Source of the DNA: Octopus bimaculoides
Taxonomy: Eukaryota
Direction of reading: 5' to 3'
DNA length: 64,000 nt
Assembly (NCBI RefSeq): GCF_001194135.2
Contig: NC_068998.1
Coordinates: 32,233,192 to 32,297,191, forward strand
This document shows positions 11,941-24,945 of the stretch, piece by piece (position 1 is the first letter of the stretch; each line of letters opens with the position of its first letter). Under the pieces are notes generated by a model, which ran no database searches, was not told the origin of the DNA, and saw nothing but the letters and a program-made list of their open reading frames with translations. Position numbers and translations under genes: made by a program.

Positions 11941-13065
11941 ATCATGTGTGTGTGTGTGTGTGTGTGTTTAGACATAGTATATTTTCAGCAACATTATCCA
12001 ATATGTCTTAATATTTTTTCTTTAAAATATTGAGACTGATTTGAGACAAATTTGGTTGCTACTTCCAGTTGATCAAATGACTATTTAGAAGCTTTCTCAT
12101 TGGCTTGTACTGAAAAATATAATGAGCAGAGTTGACTTATTTGCTTTCATTTAGTTATATCTTAGTATCTGAAGTAAATTGAGAACAAGTGATAGATTCA
12201 GCTTTGTTAGAAGAATTCTTTTGTTTCTATACAGAATCAGCAGAATTAAAAATATTCTAGATAACTGTTCTATATTTGTATTTGCATGTATATCTATTCA
12301 TGTATATAGGATTATTTTAACTCTGCTATAGATTATTGAGTGCTCTTTATCTCTTGCCTTAGAATATATTGAGAGTTTCTTCGAAAATGTATGTTCTATA
12401 TCTGTATCTTATTACCAAATAGGCTTAAACTATCTTAAAATTATCTCAAGATATTATGAAGGTGAGTAGGAAGCTCTACTATCAAGTTAAAATTGACTTC
12501 TATAAAAATTTACAAAGAACGAGAATAAATATTATTTTTAGATTATTTTGTGTGGAAATGAATCATAAATAAAGAACATGACTTTTTAAACAATATGAAA
12601 CTTTCCATCAAATGTTCATTGTAATTAGTTATTATGGCCAAAGAAGTTGCTTTCTTTTTTTAAAAGATATGTAGTTTAATGTTTTATTTCTATTTTTTAA
12701 AAGAAAAATAACTTTTTTCACTAATCCATATCTACTTAAAACAAAAGTAAAAAGGATTAGTTTAAGGAAATCAGATTAATACTTAATGTAACCTACTTTA
12801 CTAAGACTGTATTCCATAAATGTATTCCATGAAGTGAAATATTTACGATAATGTGCATAAATAAATAAATAAGAAAACATTTTGAAATTGAAATAACTAT
12901 CAAATATAATTATACTCTAAGAAATATCTTCCAAGTAAAGTTCCATATCACCTACCTTTTTTACAGGGTGAAAGTACAGCAAAATGACAATATTCTATGA
13001 TTAGATATATACTAGCAGAGATACCTGGCGTTGTTTGTGATTAAAATGGCATAGTTATTTATTGT

Positions 13066-13349
13066 TTTACTTGTTTCAGTAACTTGACTGTGGCCATGCT
13101 GGAGCACCACCTTTAGTCAAACAAATCGACCTCAGGATTTATTCTTTGTAAGCCTAATACTTATTCTATGAGTATATTTTGCCAAACAGCTAAGTTATAG
13201 GGACATAAACACAGCAACATCAGTTGTCAAGTGATGGTGGGTGTACAAGCACAAACACATACACACAAGTATACACATATATACAACAGTCTTCTTTCAG
13301 TTTCTATATATGAATTCCACTCACAAGGCTTTGGTGGGCCTGAGGCTAT

Positions 13350-13350
<1 letters not shown>
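13066..13350 (-). mobile_element. tRNA/CORE-like SINE, 3' part
   Basis: ttttacttgtttcagt..actgtggccatgctggagcaccacc is the reverse complement of the 3' end of 19058-19541. Confidence 0.82.
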
Positions 13351-13412
<62 letters not shown>

Positions 13413-14482
13413 GTATATATATATACCATAAAAACCTATATATGCAAAAATAAAAATAAACTTTAGGGAGTGCATAAATTACAGAATGTTTTCGGAAATT
13501 ATTTTTGTTGAAAAAAGATGTACAAAATGTAAAAATTTGTACTGGAAGTTGACTCATTTAATGTCAGAATAGGTTTTCACAGAAAAAATAATGGCTTAAA
13601 TACGCATAATGAAGTTGACTTTTATTTATGCTGGACGGTGTAATGCTTACTTTTTCAGCATAAATTTATTAAAGTCATTAAATGGTTAACTAGTTTTTAA
13701 AGTCTAATGTTCATGCTGGTTAACATGGTCTGGGCCATATTTTACATTGCTTGGAGTTTCTACCTTTTGCAATAGAGCACATATTTAATTTCTCCTTTGT
13801 AGTAAATGATTCATAAGTTCTGCTCATACTGACAATAACGGTAATGACAAATTTTAAAGTTTGCTTGACATTTTAAAAATGTGAAAGGGATTAAAATTTC
13901 AATACTTTATATCAAAGGTTCCAATAAGAATAAGCAGAAAACAATTCTGTTTACATAATCAGTTTGACTGGTCACCTTCCTCTGTCAGTTGAATAAAGTG
14001 TCATCCAAGCTGATGTTTATTGGTAATTAAACTTAATTTGCAATACCTGTGCATATTTAACAGCTTTGAATCTGTTGGTAATTCTTATCAACAACTTTTC
14101 CTGTGATTGTGATTTGAGAACACAAACAGCAGTATGCTAAAGATCGGACATTATCTCTTGTGGGCAAGAAATGTAAAATAAAGTTTATAATAAACAACAC
14201 AAACACTTTGTAATTTGATAGCGTTTAATGTGATACTTGTTAAACATAAATTTTTATTTAATGAAAATTTAATAAAATCTAATCATAAGTAAGTGAAATT
14301 ATGCTAAATACAGTTAAATTGTAAACCTTTTCCCCTGGCCATATCAGCAATTCCGAAAACTTTTAGATGCGAATTTTACATGAGTAGAAGCTTTTTTAAC
14401 AAATTTTATCCTGAAAATCACCTGTGTAAATTACACAGGTGCACAAATTACATGAGTTTTTACAGTATATATACACACACAC

Positions 14483-15310
14483 ATCATCATCATCATCGTC
14501 GTTTCGCATCTGCTTTCCATGCTGGCATGGGCTGGATGGTTTGACTGAGGACTGACAAAACAGAAGGCTGTACCAGGCTCCAATTTGATCTGGCAAAGTT
14601 TCTACAGCTGGCATGTCCTTTCCAATGCCAACCACTCCAAGAGTGTAATGGGTGCTTTTTTCATGCCACCAGCACGAGGTCCAGTCAGGTGATACTGGCA
14701 TTGACCATGCTCAAATGGTACTTTTTACATGCCACCGACATGGGACCAGTCAGGCAGCACTGGCATCGACCATGCTCTAATGGTGCTTTTTATGTGCCAC
14801 TGACACAGGAGTCAGTCAGGCGGCACTGGCAGCAAACATACTCAAATGGTACTTTTTATATGCCACCAGCATGGGACCAGTCAGGCAGCACTGACGTTGA
14901 CCATGCTCGAATGGTGCTTTTTATGTGCCACTGCCATGGATGCCAGTCAGGCGGTACTAGCATCAGCCATGACAGTGACTTTACCTGACTCAACAGGTCT
15001 TCGCAAGCACAGTTTATTGCCCATAGATTGAAGGGTTTTCTTAAAAGGGTCGGTTATGCTGCACTGGAATAGGCCATGGTTATGGTCTCACTTGGCTTGC
15101 TGGGTCTTCTCAAGTACAACATATCTCCAAAGGTCTAGGTCACACATCATCACCTCCACAAGGCCAACATTCGAAGGTCGTGCTTCACCACCTCATCTCA
15201 GGTTTTCCTGGGTCTACCTCTTCCACGGGTTTCCTCTACTGCTAGGGTGTGACACTTTTTGACACAGCTGTCCTCATCCATACGGAACACATGACCATAA
15301 CAGCATAGTC
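14483..15310 (-). mobile_element. RTE-clade LINE 3' end with tandem-repeat 3' UTR and (GAT)n tail
   Basis: Reverse complement of the ORF end GRGRPRKT..EVVKHD and of the terminus gcatggaaagcagatgcgaaacgacgatgatgat. 65/66-bp repeats lie at 14681-14985. Confidence 0.85.
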
Positions 15311-15319
15311 ATCTCTCTT

Positions 15320-15368
<49 letters not shown>

Positions 15369-15709
15369 CAAAAGAGGTCGGGTGTTTCCACACAGGAAAA
15401 AATATAGGGAAATGTGTTGTTGAAAATGTGCCTAAATTTCAAAAACTCATAAATGTTTAAAATACATTTATTTACATACATACTAAACTAGTTTCAACAA
15501 TATGTCTTGTTGATCAATAGTAAAAGTTTAAAATAATGAATTAGAAAAATGTCTTTAAAAGTTTCAATGTACACAAATTAAAATGTTTCAATGTTGACAA
15601 ATTAAAATGTTTCAGTTTTGACAAATTAGCATGTTCAAAACCAATAAATTTAGCATTATGAATTAGGAGGACAGGTGCAAGTTTGAATGTTCATAGCAGT
15701 CAACAATAT

Positions 15710-18286
15710 TAAAACTGTATATCAATTTGTTTGAATGTACAAAGTTCATTAATGTTAGTGGTGATTGACAAGTCATACTGAGTGAAGAAGGAAAAAAACA
15801 AGGAAGAAATGAAAATAGTAAAAAAAGGGAATTTTGGTTTACAGTTTCTCTGATCCTCTTTCCATAGATGCTTTCGCTTGTAGTGGTATGTTTTGGGATT
15901 AGATGTATTTATAATTTTTTCCACGAGCGGATCACATTTTTGATTCCTTAAAATACTGGTGACGTTTTTTGGTGGTCAAGCTTGTCGTTCTGCTTGGCTG
16001 GTTTTCCTGTGGAGACGGTCATCAGTCGTTCCGGTTGGTTGGTTCACATAAAGGGTCATATTGTTGTATTTGCTGAAGTTCGGTTTTGTGGACTAGAGGT
16101 AAGTGATATCGGCAAATGGTGTTTGTACGGTGATTTGGAGTTGCGGTTTCGGAACCAGGGTGGAGAATTGCTACTAAAGCTTTTCTAAAAAATTGTTTGT
16201 TGTTCCTGGTTGTTTTTTTGTGGAGGAATTGAGTCGTTTTTCTTTTCTTTTTATTGCTTTTTCTTCTTTCTAAAAGATATTCAGCTATGGTTTATATTTT
16301 TTAATCACTATGTTTTCCTTATCTAAATGGAATTGGGTTGAAGTGTTTCCAGTGCATTGTTAGAGAGGGAAGATTTGGTATTTAGGGTTTAGGTCTATGG
16401 GGCATTGGTCTAGGTGCTTGATTATGGGGATTTTCCTAGTGGTGGGGTCCTGGATTTGTTGCCTGTGCACCATAAGTCTATTCCTCAAAGTTAAGCTAGT
16501 TTGACCAGTAGTCCCCACCACACTCTCCACATTTGAGAACATAGATTAAGTTCTTCGAAACACAGGTGAAGTCATATTTTATGGTAAAAGTTTGACCTGA
16601 TTTGAATTTGTATGTTGAACCCTCTAAGAAGAAGATGCAAGTTCCGCAGTTAGGGTGGTGGCACTTTTTGACTTGTGGGGTTGTATTTTTGGTGGGTAAT
16701 TTGGCACTGGTGAGTAATATTTTTAGGGATTGTGGTTGTCTCATACTTTTAATAATCCTATGTGTTTCCAGTACCTTTTTCATTCGCGGGTCCTTCATAA
16801 GGAAGGGTATGTTTTGGTGGATGATGTATGCTTCCATGTTTCTTGGATTGGGTGTTGATATGTAAGATAGAGTTTTAAGTGTGTCATGGTGCTTTCTTGT
16901 TTCCATAATTCTTGGATGTCTATCATTTTTGCATGTTCTATTCCATTTTTGATTAGACTGGTTGGGTATTTTCTATCCAGTAATGTGTTTTTAAGTTCTT
17001 GGAGTTGCTTTCCTCAGGTTTCAGGATTTGATGCAATCGTGCAAATTCTCCTCACTAAGTTGAACGGTATATTCATTTTAGTATGTTTTGGGTGGCAAGA
17101 GGAGAATAGAAGATACTGCTTTGAGTCCGTTGGTTTGAAGAAGATGTCGGTTTCAATTTCAGTATCTCTCTTTATGATTAAGATGTCCAGGAAGGGTAGT
17201 TGTTTGTGGCTGTATTCTATTGTAAACTGGATACTGTGGTTAATGCTGTTGATTAAGTTTTTAAATTTTGAGAGTTGTTCAAGGTTATGTGGCCTCAGGA
17301 TGAAACAATCATTCAGGTTAGCATTTCCAGTTGGTGTGTAAGTATTTTTGGAAGTTGTCTCCAAATTTCAATCTAGCATGTTCGTATATTTGGACTTCTA
17401 AGTATGCCATGACAAGGCTGGCAAAAGTAGGGGCTATCCTCATTCCCATCACTGTGCCCGATTATTGTCTATAAGTGTTTTCACTGAAATTGAAGAAGTT
17501 GTTCTGTAGGATGAATTTTATTCCTTTAACAATGAATTCTTTTCCGATTCAGTCATTTGGGAATTTTTCCAGCCAGTATTGTATGGCTATTATTCCATAT
17601 TCCATGTTGGAGAATAGGTTTAAGGAGGATGTCAATAATGTTACTGAGTCTGTGTGTCTCACACAAGGGACCGGCCACAATTGGTCTCATTTTGAGATCT
17701 CTCAGGTGTGGAATATTCATGACTATAGAAGTTGATTTGTTACAGGCTTCATTTATGGCATCACTTTTGTGGATTTTACGAAGTCCATAGAAGTTACTGG
17801 TTTTGCAGTCAAATTTAGTCAAGTAATATGTCTCTGTTTTTGTTAGACCTTGTTATACAAAATGATATCCAAGAATTCTGCAGAAAACTTCGCATCTCTG
17901 AAGAACTGCAGGATAAAGATAATAATGATCAATCAATCCTTCATAATAAAAGTAACTACTGTTCGACAAAAGGAAGAAATTAAACTCTGGATAACTTTTG
18001 TGATTTGGTTTCCAGTTACCCCTACAATTTACTCCCACCTTGAAAATTTTAAATAAGTACAAGTAGAGAAGAATGGGAATTCATTAATAATCTCAAGGAG
18101 GACAACATAATTATAAAAGAAGCCGACAAAGGGAGTGCTGTAGTAATCATGGACTCAGAAAAATACATAAACACTACCCTAACCTTACTTCAAAACAATA
18201 CCTACTATGAAAAAATCAACAACTACAGTCAATCCAAGATAATGACCAAACTGTCTACCCTTATCCACCAGTTCCAGCAAGGTCTA
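15710..18286 (-). mobile_element. Penelope-like element (Neptune-like RT plus C-terminal GIY-YIG), decayed, with inverted 5' segment 17853-18286
   Basis: Minus-strand ORFs give FYGLRKIHK..RPIVAG, QFTIE..LPFLD..KPTDSKQYL..SCHP and KCHHPNCGTC..CVSKNLIYVLKCGEC..GQT. The plus strand at 17853-18286 encodes DIQEFCRKLR..IIIKEADKGSAVVIMD. Confidence 0.9.
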
Positions 18287-18790
18287 CTGAGTGTACAACA
18301 ACCAGACAGGAGACAAACGCAGAAGGTCCCTAATTTTTCATCAGTTATCAATCAATTGGTAATACTCAGTTTTGCACCATAAGTGATGAGACTGAGGGCT
18401 TCTCATATTAGCGGTGCCTGCAAAAATTGTTACGTGGAGAATTCAGGGCAGAGAGCACAGAAAACAAAGCAAAACAACACAGAGTGTGATTTGGGATGGT
18501 GGACAAGGATGAAGAGAGAAGCGAAATACGGTCTTAGGGTCAAGAAAACAAGAATAGTGGGTAACGCTTAGAAGATATCCTAAAGGAGAGAGAATGGAGA
18601 GCCAGAGAATTTGTGATTATTCAGTTACAGGACCAGTGTGAGAAAGGGAGAGAAAGAGAGGAAGGAAAGCTTGGCCATGGGTCACATGTCAGCATTAGGC
18701 AGACGAGAAAGACAGCAAGAGAGAGGGAGAGGGAGAGTGAGGAAAAAGAGAAACAAACACACATACACACACATACATTCATTCATTCAT

Positions 18791-18822
<32 letters not shown>

Positions 18823-19057
18823 GTATGTGTGTGCATAATGTAAAGGAATAAGAATTTGAAATCTGGGAAGTAACATAATGCAATAAGGTATTCCCTGATG
18901 ACTTGCTGTGGCTCAGCATCCAATTGCACTTGAAACATCCAATGCGGAGATGGTAAATAACTACAATGTTGGAATGTAAGAAGAGAACAAATGTTGAAGC
19001 TTGTATTTATTATAATTTCTCACATTCACAAAAAAATTGTGACCAGTAAAAAAATAG

Positions 19058-19541
19058 GCGCAGGAGGGGCTGTGTAGTAAGTAGCTTGCTTATCAACCAC
19101 ATGGTTCTGGGTTCAGTCCCGCTGCGTGGCACCTTGGGCAAGTGTCTTCTACTATAGCCTCGGGCCGACCAAAGCCTTGTGAGTGGATTTGGTAGACAGA
19201 AACTGAAAGAAGTCCATTGTATATATGTATATGTATATATATATATGTAGCCATCTGGTTTCACCAGTCCTCAGTCAAATCGTCCAACCCATGCTAGCAT
19301 GGAAAGCGGACGTCAAACGATGATGATGATGATGTGTATTGGTGTGTCTGTGTTTGTCCTCCCAACATCGCTTGACAACTGATGCTGGTGTGTCTATGTC
19401 CCTGTGACTTAGTGGTTCGGCCAAAGAGACTGATAGAATAAGTACTAGGCTTACAAAGAATAAGTCCTGGGGTCGATTTGCTCGACTAAAGGCGGTGCTC
19501 CAGCATGGCCACAGTCAAATGACTGAAACAAGTAAAAGAGA
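19058..19541 (+). mobile_element. Full-length tRNA/CORE-like SINE interrupted by an RTE 3' tail fragment (about 19250-19333)
   Basis: Head ggcgcaggaggggctgtgtagtaag..gggttcagtccc, core-like gcaccttgggcaagtgtcttc and tail ggcggtgctccagcatggcc..gactgaaacaagtaaaagag. Confidence 0.88.
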
Positions 19542-19608
19542 GCAGGAGATTTTGTGATGATATGTAAGAAAATGTAATTGACTGTAATGAATTAAAGTTA
19601 TTTTAACT

Positions 19609-19833
19609 TTAACTCTTAATATTCAGATTATTGTCAAGTGTAAAGCTTATTTATTGTCATTGTTTTTAATTGACCCTGCATTATCTTGTGGCTTCAAGAT
19701 TTCAATGATGTAATTGTTTATTTTTAGAATAACATTGTAGGATAGGTGTTTGAGGCTGGACCTGGCCAGTTTGAATATAAAGTAGGTAGAATATTTAGGC
19801 CAGATATAACTGGTTTAAATGCTAAAGGGTTAA
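19609..19833. mobile_element. piggyBac-like MITE (TTAA flanks)
   Basis: Right end aatgctaaagggttaa with a decayed left end. Homologous to 33219-33446 and 53119-53350. Confidence 0.65.
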
Positions 19834-20379
19834 AGATGATAGCACTTATATGGTGGTATATGAGAATATGAATAGTTTAATAAGGAAATTAATACCTGAG
19901 CTAGCTTCAGCATGGAGGAGATGGACATGGTCTATTTCGAAATGTTTTTGATTCCAAAATTACATAAGGTGCTGTATAAGTGTAGATTTATTGCATGAAC
20001 AAGAAAATGTATTAATAAACAGTTGTCTGTCTTAGTTAATGATAAATTAAAATGTTATTTGGTTGGCCTTTATGAGGTTCTGCAAATATGTAAACTTAGT
20101 CTGGAGAAATAGGTTCAGAAAGGAGTTTTTAATTAGCTCCAAAAGGTTAATGTAGTTCAAACTACACTGTATATGAATCTAGATTTGAAAATGGTGAAAG
20201 TGGATGTATTTAAAATAATTTATATAATGTTTGGTAAGGGTTAGAAATGTATTTCCATTAAAAATGGTGGTAATTTTTGTTGTCTAAAAGCAGGTTAATA
20301 GTTTTAACTAAGGGTAGGTTAAAAACAGGTTAACTAAGGGTAGATTAAAAGAGCTAGTCAGTTTCATTATTAATAACAC

Positions 20380-21590
20380 ATATATTGCTGTTGCTGATAG
20401 AATATTTAACACAAATTAAAGGTATTCTGATGGGTGATAATTGTCATCCTTTATTAGCTGACATATTTGTTTTCATGTGAGTTAAGTTTTCTTAGTGATT
20501 TATGCCTATGGTAAAAGATTGATTTAGTTAAATAGTTTTATGGTTATTGCAGATAAGGTTGAGGATTTTTTTATTCATAACTTCAGTTAATTAGAAAATT
20601 TGCTTATGAAAATAAATCCAGAACTCATAGCTAATAGAAATAGGGATACAAGGAATGAGGCTAATTATTTAGATGTTAAGGTAGTTTGTAGGGAAAATAT
20701 AGTTATAACTAGCATTTACAATAAAACTGACAGCATTAATTTCTATATTGCATTCTTGCCCTGGGCATTCAGAATCTGTTAAGAGTAGAATATAATGTAT
20801 TCTCCATCAAAGCTATTTGATAGAGTAAAATTATAAAGTTGATATGTTTGTAGACAAAATTAAGCTTTTGATGAAGCATATGGGAAAAAAAAAGGTTATG
20901 CTAGAAAATTGTTAATTAAAAGTTTTAACTGTTGCTTCAGGAGATATACTGAAATTGTGAAAACTTTAGTATGAATCTTTGTAATGATTAGTTTTGCATG
21001 ACATTGATGGTTGTTATTTTGTATCTGCTATCAAATATCATTTTTTTCTGAACTCCCTCTCATGGATTGCAATTGTTTTTTTTTTCTAAGCAAGCAGTAG
21101 TGTCAGGAGGCAAGCCTAAGTTTCCCTCATAGCATGTAGATGATATGTTGTTTGTGTGGAGAATGTTTTCTATGCAATTGGTTCATTTAAATTATGTTTT
21201 TAGTTTTATGGTTTTTAGGTGACAACGTTTATTTTCATATATTAACTATAATTTATTTTATAGTGCTTATAATAAAACTGATAGCATTTAATTCATATTG
21301 CATTCATGCCCAGGGCATTGAGGAGAATTGCACCAAGATTTGGGTGTAATGTGTTCTCCAGCCAAGCTGTTAGATATGATAGAATTATAAATAAACTTGA
21401 TGTATTTGTAAGCATAATTGACTGTTGATGAATCATATGGAAAAACATGGTTATGTTAGGAAATTGTTAGTCAAAAGTTTTAATTGTTGCTTGAAGTGAC
21501 AATTTTTTTTCAAAGAAATTGTTTAGGTAATTTCTGGTATTTAACATGCTTAGTTTGAATCTTACTAATGATTAGTTTAATTTAGTGTTC
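20380..21590 (+). mobile_element. Heavily decayed PLE RT relics, two tandem copies, Naiad-like RT type
   Basis: QIKGILMGDNCHPLLAD, NYLDVKV..TSIYNKTDSINF, HVDDMLFVW and SSQAVRYDRI. Segments 20721-20942 and 21272-21497 are diverged direct repeats. Confidence 0.6.
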
Positions 21591-22611
21591 ACATTGAAAG
21601 TTGTTGTTTTGCTTCTGTGTGTCTGATTAGTTTGCAGGTATGTCATCATATATTATTATGTATCACATCACTTCTAGTAAGGAGTAGCTTGTGGACTTCT
21701 TCTGTGGACGCCTCCAGACAATAAGTAGGCTAGTCCAATATGTGTAAATAGTGGACATGATAGCTAGTGAGAAGTGTCATGTTGAGTCAAGTCATGGGAA
21801 GTGAGAGTTCGGTAGTTGAGTAGAGATACGTTATTGGCGAAGGCATGCCATCCAAACGTGTGATATAACAGGACTTCTGCTCCAGGGCCATCACATGACT
21901 TTTAGAGGCCCCCTGAAACTTTTTGTTTCGAGGCTCCATCTCTTCAATCAAAATTCATAATATATGCACCTTTTATTCATACCTATATTTTACTTTATTC
22001 TATCTGAAGTTCAATATTTCATGTTATCCTAAAGAACATCTTTAAAAGTACAAGTTAAATTTATTTAGGACTGGAACTAACGTATCATTTCATGTTTATG
22101 AAGTCCAGTATTTAATAGGGTTGGGTATTTATTCATTGGACTCACAAACATCAGAAGACAAGCATTTCAAAATAACAACTGTGAAGTATAGTTGTCTCAA
22201 GATTTTGTATGAAAAGAAGTTTATTCAAGAACATTAAAATACAAAAAATGTTCAATCCAAAACAAAAGCAAACTATTTCAAATTATATATTTTTGAAAAA
22301 TAGACGTGAATGTTCTCAAAGACTGGATAAAAATCGCAAAGCCTTTTTTTAATTCTATATTACACTGTTAGCTGTTGCAATATTTCAATTGGATAGACAA
22401 TGCTACAATTCAATCTGTAAAGTCAAAATGCCAAAGATTCAGAATATGAAGAAATTCTTACCTTTCTCTGAAATCACAAATTCAAGGGCACCTTGCAAAA
22501 TAAAATACCTCGATCACAAACTAGTTACAACTGAAGAATTGAGAAGTTTGGTGACTGTGAGAACGCAAAATCTGTACCCCTATATATGTACATAGATAGA
22601 TACACACACAC

Positions 22612-22656
<45 letters not shown>

Positions 22657-22758
22657 CATGCACACATGCTTTGTTTTTTGGTACAGAAAGAATTGTCTCC
22701 AGTTTTTATTGCCTTTGGAGGTCAAAGTGATCAGCTTTTCAACAACGCCATATACATA

Positions 22759-22826
<68 letters not shown>

Positions 22827-23574
22827 GGAAATGAAGAGAGAAAGAGGGAGAGACAGAGAGACTAAAAGAGGTGTGTGTGTTTGGTACATGTTTATCTCTC
22901 TCTCTCTCTCTCTCTCACGCTCTCTCTCTCCCTCTCTCTGAGCTGGCCAAAGCCTTGTGAATGGATTTGGTAGACGGAAACAGATGAAAGCCAATCATAT
23001 ATATCTGTGTGTATGTATGAATGTGTGCACGTATGCCTGTGTGTATGTTTGTATGTATGTATAAGTATACATCCCCACCTTTCGATTTTCTTTTATCTCC
23101 CTAGGGAATTCGTTGACAAGCTTTTTGCAATTACTTTTTTTGTTTCTTTAAAATTTATTTATGGTACACCCTCGTCTGACTTGAAATTTTTTCCTTGACT
23201 GGCTTGAAATTTTCAGTTAACATCTGAACCAAAGTAAATAGATGGCTCATCTATTTGATCTTAACATGGGGCCTCTCAACCGTGGAGGCCCCTGTGACCG
23301 TAGGGGTTGCAGGAGCTTAGCAACAGCACTGTTCTGCTAATAGATTGTGACTGGTCTTTTGTTGTGGGATGGCAATGGAGTTGTGAGTTAAGTCTTAACT
23401 TTCCTCATTGCCATGTGGTTTATGTGGAAAATATTTTCAGTACAAATAGTTTCTTTTCATTTTTTCACATGCTTCAAAGAAGCCAATGTTCGTCTTATTT
23501 TATTAATTTATACTCAATACCACTTGCCCCACTCCCAGTTGATGGTTTTTTATTCTTGCAAGGTACTTGGTGAC

Positions 23575-23893
23575 CCTGTCAGTACTGGTGCCACAATAAA
23601 AGCATTGGTGCTGGTGTCATGTAAAAAGCATTGGTGCTGGTGCCACATAAAAGCACTGGTGTGTCATACAAAAAACACCCAATACACTTTGTAAAGTGGT
23701 TGGTATTTGGAAGAACATCCAGCTGTAGAAACTATACCAAAACAGACAATGGAATCTGGTGCAGCTCCTGGCCTTGCTAGCTCCTGGCCTTGCTAGCTCC
23801 TGGCTTTGCTAGCTCCTGGCCTTGCTAGCTCCTGGCAGACCATCCAACTCATGCCAGCATGGAAAACAGATGTTATATGATAATGATGATGAT
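23575..23893 (+). mobile_element. RTE-clade LINE 3' UTR with 16-bp tandem repeat (23764-23836)
   Basis: The terminus is ccagcatggaaaacagatgttatatgataatgatgatg, and gctcctggccttgcta occurs about 4.5 times. Confidence 0.78.
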
Positions 23894-24945
23894 GTTTAGC
23901 AGTTCTGGAAAGGTGTTTTTTCTTGTGCTTGTTTNNNNNNNNNNNNNNNNNNNNNNNNNNNNNNNNNNNNNNNNNNNNNNNNNNNNNNNNNNNNNNNNNN
24001 NNNNNNNNNNNNNNNNNNNNNNNNNNNNNNAATGATGATGATGTTTAGCAGTTCTGGAAAGGTGTTTTTTCTTGTGCTTGTTTGTGCCTTTTACCCTAAG
24101 AAACTGAGGTAAATGAGTCCCTTGGTTATAATTTTTCTGTATTTTGTGACTGACTTAATTTTTTAAAAATTATGTTTAATAACTTTTGTTTGCTACATTT
24201 AGCTTGTTTTTACGTTTTATAGTTTTTATGTTCTATAGCTCTTTATGTGGCAATATTCATTTTTACTTATTTATTCTTGTTGTTGAGGAGATACATGACT
24301 AACCCAGTAGGAAAGAATGAAAGGATGATGGAGATGGTAGATAAAGAGAATGAAGGACAGCTGGTAGGTTCATGAGAGTGCAAAAGGAGAATGATAAGTG
24401 GTAGATATGAAGATAAAAGTGAATGCAAGTGAATGGTAAACATAGATGGAGGCATGGACAATGGTGAATGACAGTTTGGAGGAGTGTAAATGAAAATATA
24501 AGTGTATCAGGAAGAAAATGATTGGAGACAATACTTAAAGGTGGGAGGGAGATGGAGAGTAACCTATATCTAAAAAACAGAGTTTGCGTGTGTCAGTGTG
24601 TGGTGCGTATGTTCTTTATGGATTCGAAAACTGAGTTGCTCATTTTGATGTATGTGGTATCAAAAGATTCAGTAATCTTTCAGTTCTCTTTTTTACTACA
24701 AAAATAACCTCAAAAACGAGGTTGGGCCACTCAATTTTGAGGTCATTTTCGGGCAATATTCTGATTTGCTTCTAATCTATATTGCCAATTTTAAGGTTAA
24801 TGGTGTTAAAAAGTGGTAGCAATATACAAGGAGTGTTATGAGTGCATCTGTGATGCACAAAACCTTATTTGTCAATGGAAAGTGACCAAAAACCATGCTT
24901 TTTTGGCAATAATTGGTCCATTTTCCATACCACCTACTTACGCAA

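Noticed and set aside
14681-14985. CRISPR-like array
   Set aside because: Contiguous degenerate tandem units with no unique spacers, in a eukaryotic LINE 3' UTR with no cas genes.
16005-16030. CTGATGA on the minus strand in the PLE 3' region as a hammerhead
   Set aside because: I could not assemble a convincing stem II/GAAA/stem III/NUH arrangement.
18893-18950. CTGATGA..GAAA-cat-cca-atg on the plus strand
   Set aside because: No stem II pairing and no valid cleavage triplet. Other isolated CTGATGA matches (11553, 43142, 48949) likewise lack the fold.
19058-19130. tRNA genes at SINE heads (also 28900-28974 and 42856-42940)
   Set aside because: A/B boxes are present, but each continues into a multicopy SINE body and lacks a complete cloverleaf.
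23881-24083. About 53-bp direct repeat either side of a gap
   Set aside because: Identical sequence on both sides of an N-run indicates unmerged overlapping contig ends.
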